Below are positions 37,311-47,730 of a stretch of 64,000 nt of DNA, piece after piece. The position numbers were made by a program, and so were the translations under genes. The DNA is from Calditrichales bacterium (lineage in GTDB: Bacteria; Calditrichota; Calditrichia; Calditrichales; J004). Location of the stretch: the NCBI GenBank assembly GCA_965267575.1, contig OZ254086.1, positions 1,504,001-1,568,000 of the forward strand, read 5' to 3'. Within the stretch, counting starts at the first letter, position 1. The number at the start of each line of letters is the position of its first letter. Below the pieces are notes generated by a model. That model did no database searches and was not told the DNA's origin. It saw nothing but the letters and a program-made list of their open reading frames with translations.

Positions 37311-38006
37311 ATGTTAAAACAGCTTTTTGCAATCTTTAATAAAGATACGTTGATGGACAAGGCGTTCAGCCGGTCCTATGAAATGCTGGCTATTACCAAG
37401 GATATGTTTAATGCCGCCCGTAAAAGTCTGCGTGAAAAGGAAAACAACTCCATCGAGATTGATATATATGACAAAGATATCGAGGTCAACCGCTTTGAGC
37501 GCGAGGTCAGACGCAATATCTTCAGCCATCTGACGGTGGCCGGCGGCGATGAGATTTACTCAGCGCTGGTGCTGGCAAGTATAGTTATAGACATAGAGCG
37601 TATTGGCGATTATACCAAGAACATGGTTGACCTGGCCAAACAGCATCCGGCAAAACTCAGCGGCGGAATTTTTGAAGAGGATCTTCAGCGTGTTGAAAAA
37701 GGCGTTGCGGATACCTTTGAGCGCGTTCCGGTACAGTTCGAAAAATCGGACGTCAAAGATGCTGAGGCTGTGCTCAAGGAGTATCGCTGGATTAACCAGC
37801 TTTGCGATCAGCATGTAAATGATTATATCAACGAAGTGGATAAAGAAATATCCAGCGGTGACGCAGTTACCCTGGCAATGTATTTCCGCTATCTGAAGCG
37901 TATAAACTCGCACCTCAGAAATATCGCCACCAGCGTTGTCAATCCTTTCGACCATATCGGCTTCACGCACAAGCTGTCCAAACAGCAGCAGGAAGAGGAC
38001 GATTAA
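37311..38006 (+). CDS. PhoU-domain protein
   Basis: DIEVNRFE, DIERIGDY, YLKRINSH; follows the cotransporter. Confidence 0.8.
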   Translation: MLKQLFAIFNKDTLMDKAFSRSYEMLAITKDMFNAARKSLREKENNSIEIDIYDKDIEVNRFEREVRRNIFSHLTVAGGDEIYSALVLASIVIDIERIGDYTKNMVDLAKQHPAKLSGGIFEEDLQRVEKGVADTFERVPVQFEKSDVKDAEAVLKEYRWINQLCDQHVNDYINEVDKEISSGDAVTLAMYFRYLKRINSHLRNIATSVVNPFDHIGFTHKLSKQQQEEDD

Positions 38007-38010
38007 TCTC

Positions 38011-38034
38011 AAGGCCGGCGCTGACCGGCCTTTT
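38011..38034 (+). terminator. Intrinsic terminator
   Basis: AAGGCCGG-loop-CCGGCCTT followed by T-rich bases. Confidence 0.7.
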
Positions 38035-38094
38035 ATATTTCTGTTCAGCCGCATAAATAACAAAACAATTCTTAACATATTCTGAATAAATAAA

Positions 38095-38103
38095 TGCTAT
38101 AAT
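38095..38103 (+). promoter_or_regulatory. Extended -10 promoter element for the PAP2 operon
   Basis: TGCTATAAT (TGn + TATAAT) just after a terminator. Confidence 0.5.
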
Positions 38104-38128
38104 GCGTATAGCAATTCAGGAAATGCTT

Positions 38129-38659
38129 ATGGTTAAAAATATCGGACAAAGTATACTCGCTGTGGATCAAAGGCTTTTTTTAAGGCTTGCCACTATCAGC
38201 AACAAAAAATTTGCGGACGGCTACTTCCGTTTTATGACGCGCTCCGCGGACGGCTATGTTTATGTGCTTTATGGCCTTACGCTGTTTCTTATCGGGGACG
38301 CCATAAGCCTGGACATGCTCGCTGTTGCCGCAGCCGCCTTTGGCATGCAGATACCCGTTTACCTGTTGATAAAGAATGTGGTCAGACGTAAACGCCCGTT
38401 TGAAAAGCTGGTAAGCGTGGCCCGCAAAATTAAAGCCCCGGACCGCTATAGCTTCCCCTCCGGCCATACGGCTTGTGCCTTTTTGTTTGGGCGGCTTATC
38501 GTTTTGCATGTGGTTGAGCTATGGCCGCTGATGCTTTTTTGGGCGCTGAGCGTCGCCGTTTCACGTGTATATCTGCGGGTGCACTTTCCGGGCGATGTTC
38601 TTGCCGGAGCGCTGTTGGGGTTAGCTTCTGCTGAAACCGCCTTGTACCTGTTTGGGTAA
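38129..38659 (+). CDS. PAP2-family phosphatase
   Basis: KNVVRRKRP, SFPSGH, SRVYLRVHFPGDV; start at 38129 (or 38123) because ATG 38102 overlaps the -10 element. Confidence 0.88.
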   Translation: MVKNIGQSILAVDQRLFLRLATISNKKFADGYFRFMTRSADGYVYVLYGLTLFLIGDAISLDMLAVAAAAFGMQIPVYLLIKNVVRRKRPFEKLVSVARKIKAPDRYSFPSGHTACAFLFGRLIVLHVVELWPLMLFWALSVAVSRVYLRVHFPGDVLAGALLGLASAETALYLFG

Positions 38660-38664
38660 ATGCC

Positions 38665-39810
38665 ATGAGAGTAGCCATCTTTGCTGACAGTTTACCCCCA
38701 AGCACGGATGGCGTTGCCAACACCTACTGCCACCTGGCTAACCATCTCGATAAAGAAAAAATCACCTACCGTTTCTTTTCCCCATTTACGCCGGGCAAAG
38801 AGTACAGCTGGAGCCGCAGGGTACGTTCCATGCCCTATGTGCCGTTTTTTCTCTATCCGCATTACCGTATTGCTTTACCGGGACAAAAAAGACTTTTTCG
38901 CAGCCTTGATCGTTTTCGTCCTAATCTAATCCACGTTTCAAGCCCGACGTTGGTGGGATACCAGGCCATGCGCTATGCCCGCCTCAATGACATACCGGCA
39001 GTAGCCGCTTACCACACCGATTTTATTGCTTACTTTAAATATTACGGATTTAATTTTGCGGAGAATGTCGGCTGGGGTTATCTGCGCTGGTTTTACAACC
39101 AGTTTGACGCGATACTGGCGCCTTCGCAATCCACGCGGCGTATGTTGCGGCTGCAAGGTTTCCGTAACGTGATACTTTGGCAGCGGGGCGTAAACACAGA
39201 GCTGTTTAACCCCAAATGGCGCAACCGGCAAAATAAAATACCACGCCTGCTCTTTGTAGGGAGAATTGTAAAAGAGAAAGATGTGGATGACCTGGCCGCG
39301 GCGTACTTGCTTTTAAATAAAAATGCCAAAAAATGTGATTTAATCTGGATTGGCGATGGTGAGTACCGCGCGGAACTGCAGCAACGCCTGCCGGACTGCC
39401 GCTTTGCCGGATACCTTCATGGAGACGATCTGGCACGCGAATACGCAAATGCCGACCTTTTTGTGTTTCCCTCCACCACCGAGACATTCGGAAATGTTAT
39501 TTTAGAAGCACTGTCCAGCGGCTTGCCGGTCGTTACGGTGGATAAAGGCGCGGTAAAAGATCTGGTTGAGGATGGTAAAACCGGACATGTGACTGCCGCA
39601 AACGATCCCGCGCAACTCGCTGCCGCGGTTGACGTACTGCTAAATGATGAAAAAAAGCGTCTGCAATTTGCCCGCAACGCCCGGCAATATGCTCTCAACT
39701 TCAGCTGGGATAGTATCAACGGAAAGCTGCTGGATGCTTACAAAAAGCTGTTAAGTTACCCTGTTCATCTTCCGAGTATGGATAAGAACAGGATGAAAGA
39801 AAAAATTTAA
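38665..39810 (+). CDS. GT4-family glycosyltransferase, possible glycolipid synthase
   Basis: DGVA, YHTDF, VGRIVKEK, FPSTTETFGNVILEALSSG. Confidence 0.88.
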   Translation: MRVAIFADSLPPSTDGVANTYCHLANHLDKEKITYRFFSPFTPGKEYSWSRRVRSMPYVPFFLYPHYRIALPGQKRLFRSLDRFRPNLIHVSSPTLVGYQAMRYARLNDIPAVAAYHTDFIAYFKYYGFNFAENVGWGYLRWFYNQFDAILAPSQSTRRMLRLQGFRNVILWQRGVNTELFNPKWRNRQNKIPRLLFVGRIVKEKDVDDLAAAYLLLNKNAKKCDLIWIGDGEYRAELQQRLPDCRFAGYLHGDDLAREYANADLFVFPSTTETFGNVILEALSSGLPVVTVDKGAVKDLVEDGKTGHVTAANDPAQLAAAVDVLLNDEKKRLQFARNARQYALNFSWDSINGKLLDAYKKLLSYPVHLPSMDKNRMKEKI

Positions 39811-39831
39811 AACGCGCAACAGGGACCGTAT

Positions 39832-40881
39832 ATGAAGCAAAGCAGGGAAGCGCACTCTCCGCTAAGGAAGCATTTAAAGAAAATATTCTGGGCAATCCCC
39901 GTACTTGTTGTTATAAATATTACCGTTTCACTGTGGGGCGGAAAGCAGGATCTCCTGCAAAGCCTTTCCGCTTTTAATCCCGTCTATTTTGTGCTCGCGC
40001 TTGGTCTTGGTCTTATGCCCTGGCTTACCCATGCTTCACGCATCTGGCTGTGGACAGATTTTATCAAACAAAAAATATCATTTAAAAACAGTCTGCGCAC
40101 CGCGATTGGTTCTGACCTCGGCGCGGCGCTTACGCCCACCGCGGTGGGTGGCTCTCCGGTAAAAGCGGCCATGCTGATCAGCAATGGTGTCTCGCCTGCA
40201 TCTTCCATCGTTTTAAGCGCCATTACTACATTGGAAGACCTGGTCTATTTTATGATTTCCTTTTTGGTAATTTTTGTGTTCAGCGGTTTTATCAGCGAAT
40301 CCCTGCTTATATCGGGGGTAAGCAATATGCTGCTGGATCACCACGCGCTATTGTATGTGGCGATCGCTGGCACGGTGCTGGCCTTTCTTTATAAAGTGGT
40401 TTTTTACGATCAGCCCTGGGTTGTACGCGCCCGTAACTGGTTTACCGGACAGGTTGCTGAAATAAGGCAGGTAAGCCTGCTGATCTGGAAAAGCGGTAAA
40501 AGGTTGTTTTTGCTGAGCCTGCTGCTCAACACGCTGCAGTGGCTTATTCGCTACTTATTGTTGTACGTGCTTCTGCTAAGCCTGGGGCAGCCCGTCGGAC
40601 TACTCACGGTGATAGCCCTCTCCTGGCTGGTTTATTTTATCATGTTGTTTGTGCCCACACCGGGGGCAGTGCTTGGCGCGGAAGCGGCATTTTTCATGGC
40701 TTTTTCAACCTATCTGCCTGCTGAGATCATTGGTTTTGTTATTTTTGGCTGGCGCTTTTTAACTTTCTACTATCAGTTATCGATGGGTGCGGTTATGTTT
40801 GCTCTGCTGCCATACCTCACACCTATCCGCCGCCGTCTTCCACGCTGGATGCCTTTCCGCCTAGCCCGTTTTCAATCCTGA
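39832..40881 (+). CDS. Lysylphosphatidylglycerol-synthase-TM / flippase-like membrane protein
   Basis: TPTAVGGSP, PTPGAVLGAE, WRFLTFY. Confidence 0.8.
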   Translation: MKQSREAHSPLRKHLKKIFWAIPVLVVINITVSLWGGKQDLLQSLSAFNPVYFVLALGLGLMPWLTHASRIWLWTDFIKQKISFKNSLRTAIGSDLGAALTPTAVGGSPVKAAMLISNGVSPASSIVLSAITTLEDLVYFMISFLVIFVFSGFISESLLISGVSNMLLDHHALLYVAIAGTVLAFLYKVVFYDQPWVVRARNWFTGQVAEIRQVSLLIWKSGKRLFLLSLLLNTLQWLIRYLLLYVLLLSLGQPVGLLTVIALSWLVYFIMLFVPTPGAVLGAEAAFFMAFSTYLPAEIIGFVIFGWRFLTFYYQLSMGAVMFALLPYLTPIRRRLPRWMPFRLARFQS

Positions 40882-41041
40882 AAACCCTCCTCTAAGTTTG
40901 CCCGCTTTCAGTATATTCAAAAAAGCGGGCATATAAAACAAGGCTTTTTAGTTTAGGGCTTTTCAATTACTAATTCGTACCACCCTTAAGGAGCTTTACT
41001 TAACTTTAATGTCGGGCATTTTCAGCAATTGAGGGCAAATT

Positions 41042-43423
41042 ATGAAATCCGTATGGGTTATCTCGCTTCTGATCTTTTCGCTGGCTTTCGGGCAGAGCGG
41101 AAAAGGAAAAATAGCCGGTGTTATTAAGGACGGCCGTACGTTGCAGCCGCTTCCCGGTGCCAACGTGTTGATCGAAGACAGCGATCGGGGAGCCGCTACA
41201 GACAGCAGCGGTTATTTTTCGATTCCCCAGCTTGAACCGGGCAGCTACAACCTGCAGGTGGTCTTCCTGGGCTACATCCCTTTGAAAAAAAATAACGTGG
41301 TTGTTAACCCGGGCAGAACCACGGTTGTGGAGTATGAGCTTGAGGAAAGCGTGATCGAAGGCGAGGCCATCGAGGTGCAGGGCAGCTATTTCGAAAAACC
41401 GCGCGAAGCCGTGGTGAGCACACGCAGCATGAATTTTGAAGAGATTCGCCGCAGTCCTGGTGACGTGCAGGATATTCAGCGTGCAGTGCAGGCCTTTCCC
41501 GCAGTCGTTTCCGGGGCGGACCAGTATAATGAGATCATAATTCGCGGCGGCATCCCGGGCGAGAACCTTTTTATTATGGACCAGATTGAGATCCCCAATC
41601 CCAACCACTTTGCCGTGCAGGGGGCAGGAGGCGGGCCGATCAATCTGCTAAACAGCTATATGGTGCGCGACCTTGATTTTTACGCCGGCGCCTTTTCAGC
41701 ACGCTACGGCGACAAAGCCTCTTCGGTCATGGAAATCTCCCTGCGAGAAGGCGCGCGCGACCGTTTCCGCGGTGACGTGAATATGGGGCTTGCCGGTTTT
41801 GGCGGCCTTATCGAGGGCCCGATCGGAGAAAACGCCTCCTACATGTTTTCGGCGCGCAAAAGCTACCTGGAGCTGATCATCGAGTCAACCGGGCTTACCG
41901 CCGTTCCGCAATACTATAACCTGCAGAGCAAAATTGCCTGGGACATTAATCCTTCAAATAAGCTCCTGTTCAACGCCGTTTACGGAAATGACGCCATTAA
42001 CATCGAAGAAGGGGATGAGGGCGGTTATGGACGCGGAGCCGAGAACGTTGATTCCGAAAACGATCAGACTATCGCCGGTTTAACCCTGCGCACATTCTGG
42101 AACAAGCAGCTATATTCCTACACAACACTTTCCGCGGTGCATAACAATTTCTTCGCCGATGTTTACGAAATTGATGAAAATGACCGGGAAGATACGTTTT
42201 TTGTGAACGAATCGGCCGAGACGGAACTTCATTTTAAGAGCGACTTATTCTGGCAGCTATCCAAGAATACCAGCCTCAATTTTGGCGCTGGTGTAAAGCA
42301 GGTGCGGCTGGACTACGCGGTTACAGGGGATCCGGATACACTTTTTCTGTATGAGCCGCAAAGCAGCCGCCCCGATTCAGCGATCGGCATTTTCCAGATC
42401 AACCCGCCGACGGACATAAATGAAAATATCGTTTCTTATAAAAGCGCGGCCTTTGTTCAGCTCTCGCAGGACTTTCTGCGCCGTATGCGTTTTACCGCCG
42501 GACTGAGGTATGACTATTTTGATTATACCGGCTACACATCCTGGAGTCCGCGCCTTGGGCTCTCCTGGTATGCAACGCCCAAACTGACGCTGAATGCCGC
42601 TTACGGACTGCATTATCAGACACCGTCCTACATTGAGCTGGTCTCCAATCCGCTAAACCGCGATCTGGATAGCAAATTCACCAGGCAGTATGTGCTTGGG
42701 TTGGATTACCTGTTCCGCGATGACATGAAGCTGACCGTGGAGGGCTATTACAAAAGCTATCATGATGTGCCACTCGAGCAGAGCCTGACAACGCCCGAAC
42801 CGCTGGATGATTTTAATGACCGATTGCTGAATGCCGGCGAAGGCGAAGCTTACGGGATCGAATTCTTTTTCCAGAAAAAACTGCTGCGCCAGTTTTCAAC
42901 GATCATCTCTTATGCCGCTTCAAAATCCACGGCTGTCGATCCAAGAAGCGGTGAAACTTACGACTGGGATTATGACTATCGCCACGTATTTACGGCCATT
43001 GCCGGCTACAAATTTTTATGGCGTGAAAAAAGCTGGTTCCGCGATATCAAAGGAACATGGTGGTATCAGTCGTTTTCCTGGCTGCCTTTTTTCCCGGCCG
43101 ACGAAGATGAGATCAGCTTTAAATGGCGTTATCTGGGTGGCCGCCCTTACACGCCGCCGGTTTATGATCCCCGCCTGCGCGAGTGGCTGGTGCAGGAAAC
43201 CGACGACCTCAACCCGACTCGTTTTCCGGCATACCACCGTCTTGATTTGAGGATTGACAAGCGCTACCTGTTTGAAAATTTCAACCTTGTCGTTTTCTAT
43301 GATCTGATCAATCTTTACAATCGCGACAATATCTGGAATTACAATTACAACGATGACGGTACGCGCGACAAAATCCTGCAGTATAAGAGTTTGCCGGTGG
43401 TTGGTATTTCGCTGGAGTTTTAG
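41042..43423 (+). CDS. TonB-dependent receptor with N-terminal carboxypeptidase-regulatory-like domain
   Basis: PLPGANV, plug motifs IIRGG and FSARYG, AGLRYD, C-terminal Phe. Confidence 0.9.
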   Translation: MKSVWVISLLIFSLAFGQSGKGKIAGVIKDGRTLQPLPGANVLIEDSDRGAATDSSGYFSIPQLEPGSYNLQVVFLGYIPLKKNNVVVNPGRTTVVEYELEESVIEGEAIEVQGSYFEKPREAVVSTRSMNFEEIRRSPGDVQDIQRAVQAFPAVVSGADQYNEIIIRGGIPGENLFIMDQIEIPNPNHFAVQGAGGGPINLLNSYMVRDLDFYAGAFSARYGDKASSVMEISLREGARDRFRGDVNMGLAGFGGLIEGPIGENASYMFSARKSYLELIIESTGLTAVPQYYNLQSKIAWDINPSNKLLFNAVYGNDAINIEEGDEGGYGRGAENVDSENDQTIAGLTLRTFWNKQLYSYTTLSAVHNNFFADVYEIDENDREDTFFVNESAETELHFKSDLFWQLSKNTSLNFGAGVKQVRLDYAVTGDPDTLFLYEPQSSRPDSAIGIFQINPPTDINENIVSYKSAAFVQLSQDFLRRMRFTAGLRYDYFDYTGYTSWSPRLGLSWYATPKLTLNAAYGLHYQTPSYIELVSNPLNRDLDSKFTRQYVLGLDYLFRDDMKLTVEGYYKSYHDVPLEQSLTTPEPLDDFNDRLLNAGEGEAYGIEFFFQKKLLRQFSTIISYAASKSTAVDPRSGETYDWDYDYRHVFTAIAGYKFLWREKSWFRDIKGTWWYQSFSWLPFFPADEDEISFKWRYLGGRPYTPPVYDPRLREWLVQETDDLNPTRFPAYHRLDLRIDKRYLFENFNLVVFYDLINLYNRDNIWNYNYNDDGTRDKILQYKSLPVVGISLEF

Positions 43424-45576
43424 AGCAGTTTCTTGATGTCGGCGGCATTGCCCATCACCAAAAGCTTGTCGCCCGGTTTAAGTACATAATCGGCGGTGGG
43501 CACGGAGCCGGAGCGGTTAGGCAGACCGTCTGCCGTTTCGCGGGCATGGCGGATGAGAATAATCTCGACATTATAACGCGAACGAATGCCGCTGGCTTTC
43601 AGCGATTTCCCGACCAGGCTGACCGGCGCGTCGATCTCCCGCAGGATATAGCCTTCGCTGAGCTCCACCTCGCGCTCATTGCTTACCGCGGAAACCACGC
43701 TGTGCACGCCGCCAACAAGGTCAGCTTTAAAGATCTCCTTATTATAAGCGTCGATGACATCCTTGCGCCGCACGGAGCCCGCCAGCCTTTTATCGCTGCT
43801 GCTGTTTACCACTGGCAGCTCATCCACGTTATAGCGCCCAAAATTGTGCATCACCAGGTCCAGATTGTCTTGCGGGTAAAGCTGCGTCGGTACCGGCCGC
43901 GCCACATCATCGGCAATAACCAGACCGGAGAGATAATCCTCATCCTGCAGGAATTCCTTCACGTCATCCAGCGACACCACGCCCACAAGCTGGTTCTCTT
44001 TATCGACGATAAAAACTTCATGGTGGTCGCTTTTAAGTATCTTGCTGATAAGCTCGTTGAAGCTGGTGCCCGGCGTGGCTGTTACCGCGCTGCGCTTTAG
44101 CACATCCTTCACAAACAGTGAGCGGAGCACATTCAGGTCGCGCCCCTCAAAGATGTTGATGCCTCGCCGTTTCAGCTTCATCGTGTAAATGGATTCCCGT
44201 TGCAGGTAGGTAGCCAGCAACAGGGCAATGGTGGCGGAAAGCATCAGCGGCGGAATGATCTGGTAACTGTTGGTCAGCTCAAAGATGATAAGGATAGCAC
44301 TGATCGGGGCATGCGTTGTAGCGGCTACGAGCGCGCCCATGCCCACCAGGGCATAAGCCCCCGGACCGGCGGTCAGTTGCGGCCAGAACGCGTGGGCCTG
44401 CTGGCCGATCAGGCTGCCCAGCATGGCCCCTATAAACAGCGAGGGCGCGAAGATGCCCCCGCTGCCGCCTGAACCAAGCGTCAGTGAGGTGGCCAGCAGT
44501 TTTGCGAACACAAGCAGGGCCAGCAGCCAGCTTACATCACGGCCCCACAACGCATCATTGATTGACTCGTAGCCGACCCCGAACACCTGCGGTAAACCCA
44601 GACCGATTACGCCAACCAGCAATCCGCCGAGAGCCGGTTTCAGGTATCCGGGCATTTTAAGCCCTTCAAAAACATCCTGTGATTTGTAGAGCGTGGTGAT
44701 AAACAAAACGGCTATCAACCCGGCGAGGATGCCAAGCAGCAGGTAGGGAAAAAACTCATAGGGGCTCACAAGCTCATAGGCCGGCACGCGGAAGGCAGGA
44801 AAATCGCCCATGTAATGGCGCGAAACCACCGTGGCCACAACGGAGGCGATCACGATAGGGCTGAACTGCGCCACAGCATACTCGCCCAGGATTACCTCTA
44901 CCGCGAACAGCGCTCCGGCAATGGGCGCGTTAAATGTGGCCGCGATACCGGCCGCCGCGCCGCAGGCTACGAAAGTGCGCAATCGGCGCGCGGAAACCGC
45001 CAGCACCTGGCCCAAAAACGAGCCGATGGCCGAACCGATCTGCACAATCGGACCCTCACGACCGGCGGAGCCGCCGGAACCGATGATCACCGAGGCGGCG
45101 AATATTTTTGCAAGAATAACGCGCGGCCGGATTGCTCCCCCGCGAACCGCCACGGCCTCCATCACCTCCGGAATGCCGCTGCCACGCACTTCGCGGGCAA
45201 AGTAGTGTACCAGCGGCCCGACAATCAATCCGCCGAGAGCAGGTATCAGCAGCTTTTGCCACCAGGGCATGGCGATAACCCAATCCAGCGAATATTCCCA
45301 GTTGCGAAAAAAGGCGTAGTGCGACACCTTAATCAGGTAGCGAAAGCCGATGGCGCCATAGGCACCGAGCACGCCGATAATGATGGCGGAGATGACCATG
45401 AACACGTGCTCTGCCCGGCGGATACCGCCAAACAGGCCGGCCAGTTTTTGCTGAAGCAGCCGGCGCCAGCGTAACAATCGTAAAAAGTTTTTACGAAGCA
45501 GTTTTAGAAATCCGCGCATTGAACGATAAAGGCCTGTGATATTTTTTACCGGAATGATCTCATCCGGCTTGGGCAT
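43420..45576 (-). CDS. ClC chloride channel/transporter with CBS pair and TrkA-C domain (paralog 1)
   Basis: GSGIPE, GREGP, GGIFAP, ESIYT; CBS and RCK-C tail; start uncertain. Confidence 0.88.
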   Translation of the reverse strand: MPKPDEIIPVKNITGLYRSMRGFLKLLRKNFLRLLRWRRLLQQKLAGLFGGIRRAEHVFMVISAIIIGVLGAYGAIGFRYLIKVSHYAFFRNWEYSLDWVIAMPWWQKLLIPALGGLIVGPLVHYFAREVRGSGIPEVMEAVAVRGGAIRPRVILAKIFAASVIIGSGGSAGREGPIVQIGSAIGSFLGQVLAVSARRLRTFVACGAAAGIAATFNAPIAGALFAVEVILGEYAVAQFSPIVIASVVATVVSRHYMGDFPAFRVPAYELVSPYEFFPYLLLGILAGLIAVLFITTLYKSQDVFEGLKMPGYLKPALGGLLVGVIGLGLPQVFGVGYESINDALWGRDVSWLLALLVFAKLLATSLTLGSGGSGGIFAPSLFIGAMLGSLIGQQAHAFWPQLTAGPGAYALVGMGALVAATTHAPISAILIIFELTNSYQIIPPLMLSATIALLLATYLQRESIYTMKLKRRGINIFEGRDLNVLRSLFVKDVLKRSAVTATPGTSFNELISKILKSDHHEVFIVDKENQLVGVVSLDDVKEFLQDEDYLSGLVIADDVARPVPTQLYPQDNLDLVMHNFGRYNVDELPVVNSSSDKRLAGSVRRKDVIDAYNKEIFKADLVGGVHSVVSAVSNEREVELSEGYILREIDAPVSLVGKSLKASGIRSRYNVEIILIRHARETADGLPNRSGSVPTADYVLKPGDKLLVMGNAADIKKLL

Positions 45577-45666
45577 GGTGAATTATTTTATTAATTTTAT
45601 AAGCTCGACAAAAATCAAAGCAGGCACAACCGGCCAAAAGGAACCGACGCAAATATTGCAGAAATA

Positions 45667-47730
45667 ATGAAAAAAATAAAAAAATTCTTAATCGGTTTGG
45701 TTATAAAATTTCGCGCGGCAGACAGCGTTTTTCTCGTTACAATGGCGGTTATTATCGGTCTGCTGTGCGGGGTCGGCGCTGTTTCCATCCAATACCTCAT
45801 CAAGTGGTTTCAACACATGTTCTGGGGTGCGGAAGAGTTTCCTCCTGAACATATGGCCATGGTCCCGTTTTACCTTAAAATCATCATTCCCACGCTGGGC
45901 GCCACCGCAGTGGGCGCGCTTGTTTACTTTTTTGCCAGGGAGGCCAAAGGCCATGGCGTGCCTGAGGTAATGCAGGCGGTGGCGCTGCGCAACGGTATCA
46001 TTCGTCCGCGCGTGGCGATTGTTAAGCTGCTGGCGTCATCCCTGTTTATCGGAAGCGGCGGTTCGGTGGGCCGGGAGGGTCCCGTTATCCAGATTGGTTC
46101 GGCTATAGGCAGTGCCGTGGGCCAGTTGTTCCGGCTTAATCCGCAACGTCTTAAGATTTTTGTGGCATCGGGGGCAGCGGCAGGCATCGCGGCGGCTTTT
46201 AACGCGCCTGTGGCCGGCGCCATTTTTAGTCTGGAAATTATACTGGGTGATTTTGCCATCGCCCAATTCAGCCCCATCGTAATCGCTTCTGTGGTAGCCA
46301 CCGTAGTTTCCCGTGGTATGGTGGGTGATTTCCCTGCTTTTACCATCCCGCGCTATGAGCTGGTTTCGCCTTACGAGTTGATTACGTATACCATTTTGGG
46401 CGTACTTGCCGGCGTGGTCTCGCTTATTTATATCCGCGTCCTGTACCGCTTTGAAGATTTTTTTGAAGACTTAAAGATTCACGAAATTCTGAAAACAACC
46501 ATCGGCGGGTTGTTGCTTGGTATGTTGGGTATTTGGGTGCCGCAGATCTTTGGCGTGGGCTACCACGCCATGGACCGGGCACTGCACGGCGCGCTGGAAA
46601 GTCCTTTTGGCAATGAATATGTATGGCTTTTTATGCTGGCGTTGGTTTTTATCAAGATCCTCGCCACATCCATTTCGCTTGGTTCGGGCGGCAGCGGCGG
46701 GGTTTTTGCACCCAGTCTTTTTATCGGCACGATGACCGGCGGATTTTTTGGTGAACTGGTGCATCGCTTTTTCCCGACCATTACGGCCGGCTCCGGGGCT
46801 TACGCGCTTGTAGGTATGGGCGCGCTGGTGGCTGGCACCACGCACGCTCCCATTACGGCAATCCTGATAATTTTTGAAATGACCAATGACTATAAAATTA
46901 TATTGCCTTTGATGATTACCTGCGTCATTGCGACGTTGCTGACTACACGCGTGCAGAAAGAATCTATTTACACGCTCAAACTAATTCGGCGCGGCATTAA
47001 CCTGTTTCAGGGCAAAGAGGTCAATGTGCTGCGCTCGCTTCCGGTTCGTGAGGTTATGCTGGACAATCCGATCCTTGTTTCGGCGGCCACACCGTTCAAT
47101 AAGCTGGTGGAGCTTTTTTTCAAGAGCCAGCACCCGCAGTTTTTTGTGGTCGACGACAAAAAGCGCCTGCTGGGACGCATCGGTCTCGGGGATTTGCGCC
47201 GCATCCTGCAGGAGGAAGAATATCTTGCCGACCTTGTCGTAGCCCATGATATCATGAACAGCGATGTGGAACGCATCCATGAAAACGATACGCTGGACAC
47301 GGCTATGCACATTTTCGGGCGCAGTGCGGCGGAAGAGCTTCCCGTTGTTAAGTCCGATGGAAGTAACATGGTTATCGGTGCTGTTTTTTACCAGGATGTG
47401 ATACAGGCTTACAACCGCGAGCTGATCAAGAGCGACCTTGTGCGCGAAGCAGGCAGTTCCATCAAGCTGCTGGAAAAATCACAGCGCATTTCCTTCCTCG
47501 ATGGTTACTCCATGGCCGAGGTCGCCGTACCCATGAGCATCCGCGGTAAAACACTGCAGGAGCTTAATCTGCGCAGCCGCTTTGGCGTAAACGTCCTGAT
47601 GATTAAACGCAAAGATGAAAAGGGCGCGGAAAAACAGCTTGTGGCCATGCCCAATGAAAAATTGCTATTGGGCGACCACCTGATAGTGATGGGTCGTGAC
47701 GAGGATATTGATAAGTTAAAGGCGCTTTGA
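45667..47730 (+). CDS. ClC chloride channel/transporter with CBS pair and TrkA-C domain (paralog 2)
   Basis: GHGVPE, GREGP, GGVFAP, ESIYT; CBS and RCK-C tail. Confidence 0.9.
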   Translation: MKKIKKFLIGLVIKFRAADSVFLVTMAVIIGLLCGVGAVSIQYLIKWFQHMFWGAEEFPPEHMAMVPFYLKIIIPTLGATAVGALVYFFAREAKGHGVPEVMQAVALRNGIIRPRVAIVKLLASSLFIGSGGSVGREGPVIQIGSAIGSAVGQLFRLNPQRLKIFVASGAAAGIAAAFNAPVAGAIFSLEIILGDFAIAQFSPIVIASVVATVVSRGMVGDFPAFTIPRYELVSPYELITYTILGVLAGVVSLIYIRVLYRFEDFFEDLKIHEILKTTIGGLLLGMLGIWVPQIFGVGYHAMDRALHGALESPFGNEYVWLFMLALVFIKILATSISLGSGGSGGVFAPSLFIGTMTGGFFGELVHRFFPTITAGSGAYALVGMGALVAGTTHAPITAILIIFEMTNDYKIILPLMITCVIATLLTTRVQKESIYTLKLIRRGINLFQGKEVNVLRSLPVREVMLDNPILVSAATPFNKLVELFFKSQHPQFFVVDDKKRLLGRIGLGDLRRILQEEEYLADLVVAHDIMNSDVERIHENDTLDTAMHIFGRSAAEELPVVKSDGSNMVIGAVFYQDVIQAYNRELIKSDLVREAGSSIKLLEKSQRISFLDGYSMAEVAVPMSIRGKTLQELNLRSRFGVNVLMIKRKDEKGAEKQLVAMPNEKLLLGDHLIVMGRDEDIDKLKAL

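Noticed and set aside
40900-40930. GCCCGCTTT...AAAGCGGGC hairpin after the flippase-like gene
   Set aside because: No clear U-tract follows on the plus strand, so it was not called as a terminator or RNA gene.
43420-47730. Fluoride-specific CLC-F exporters
   Set aside because: Motifs are GSGIP/GHGVP and GREGP, not the GNNLI/GMGLI and GREGT signatures of CLC-F.
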